Part shown: in pieces, positions 63,677 through 64,000 of the stretch
Position numbering within the stretch: position 1 is the first letter of the stretch
How the letters are laid out: each line of letters opens with the position of its first letter
Source of the DNA: Adineta vaga
Lineage: Eukaryota; Animalia; Rotifera
Length of the DNA: 64,000 nucleotides
Direction of reading: 5' to 3'
Assembly (NCBI GenBank): GCA_021613535.1
Contig: CP075493.1
Location: 14,074,001 to 14,138,000, forward strand
The notes under the pieces: generated by a model
Seen by the model: only the letters and a program-made list of their open reading frames with translations
What the model was told of the DNA's origin: nothing
The model's database searches: none
Translations under genes and position numbers: made by a program

Positions 63677-64000
63677 TTTGGTTGTTGTGGTTTTTTTTAA
63701 TGAATAATAAATGTCGAATACTATGAGATGTCCTTGTAAGCATGATGCATAGTATCTATAGGTGAGGTGTAGGGAAAATCGCATTCCCCATTCATGGGCG
63801 TATTGTTGAGATATGTTAATCTTGGAAAAAAACGAAAGAAAAAGGTGTGTTAATTAACTCTTGTAAAATTTGACAAAAAGTCTCAATTTCTTCTTCTGTA
63901 TTGAAATAATGAATTGAAGTTCGAATCATTTGATTTAAATTTCGTGCTGTCATATCGATTAATGTATGATGACGAACTGCAACTGAAATATCTACATGTT

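Noticed and set aside
1-64000. Bacterial contamination or operon interpretation; tRNA/rRNA genes; hammerhead ribozymes
   Set aside because: Microbial-type genes carry spliceosomal introns and are interleaved with animal genes; no RNA gene or complete CTGANGA...GAAA hammerhead fold was seen by eye, though no covariance search was run

Overview
AT-rich eukaryotic (metazoan) DNA with many ~50-60 nt GT-AG introns, so the ORF track fragments most genes. The mix of animal genes (GPCRs, Ly6/uPAR protein, STEAP, ABCC, CACYBP, F-box/LRR), intron-containing genes of bacterial/fungal type (GH77 amylomaltase, CotA/bilirubin-oxidase-type multicopper oxidase, DyP peroxidase, GNAT, PTR2-like transporter, desaturase) and the transposon types point to a bdelloid rotifer (inference). 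The most notable structure is a head-to-head pair of paralogous genes (14222->10113 on -, 16409->20454 on +). They share seven N-terminal exons: a type II membrane anchor plus a ~170-aa domain I cannot assign. By manual in-frame splicing they end in two unrelated oxidative enzymes, a multicopper oxidase and a DyP-type heme peroxidase, and a STEAP metalloreductase lies immediately downstream. The right half holds an 11-kb Ty3/gypsy LTR retrotransposon (TSD, tRNA-His PBS, -1 frameshift signal, DEDDy-exonuclease ORF3) with a nested Mutator-like transposon, plus Helitron-like and mariner remnants and several pseudogenes. All exon models were spliced by eye and need RNA support.
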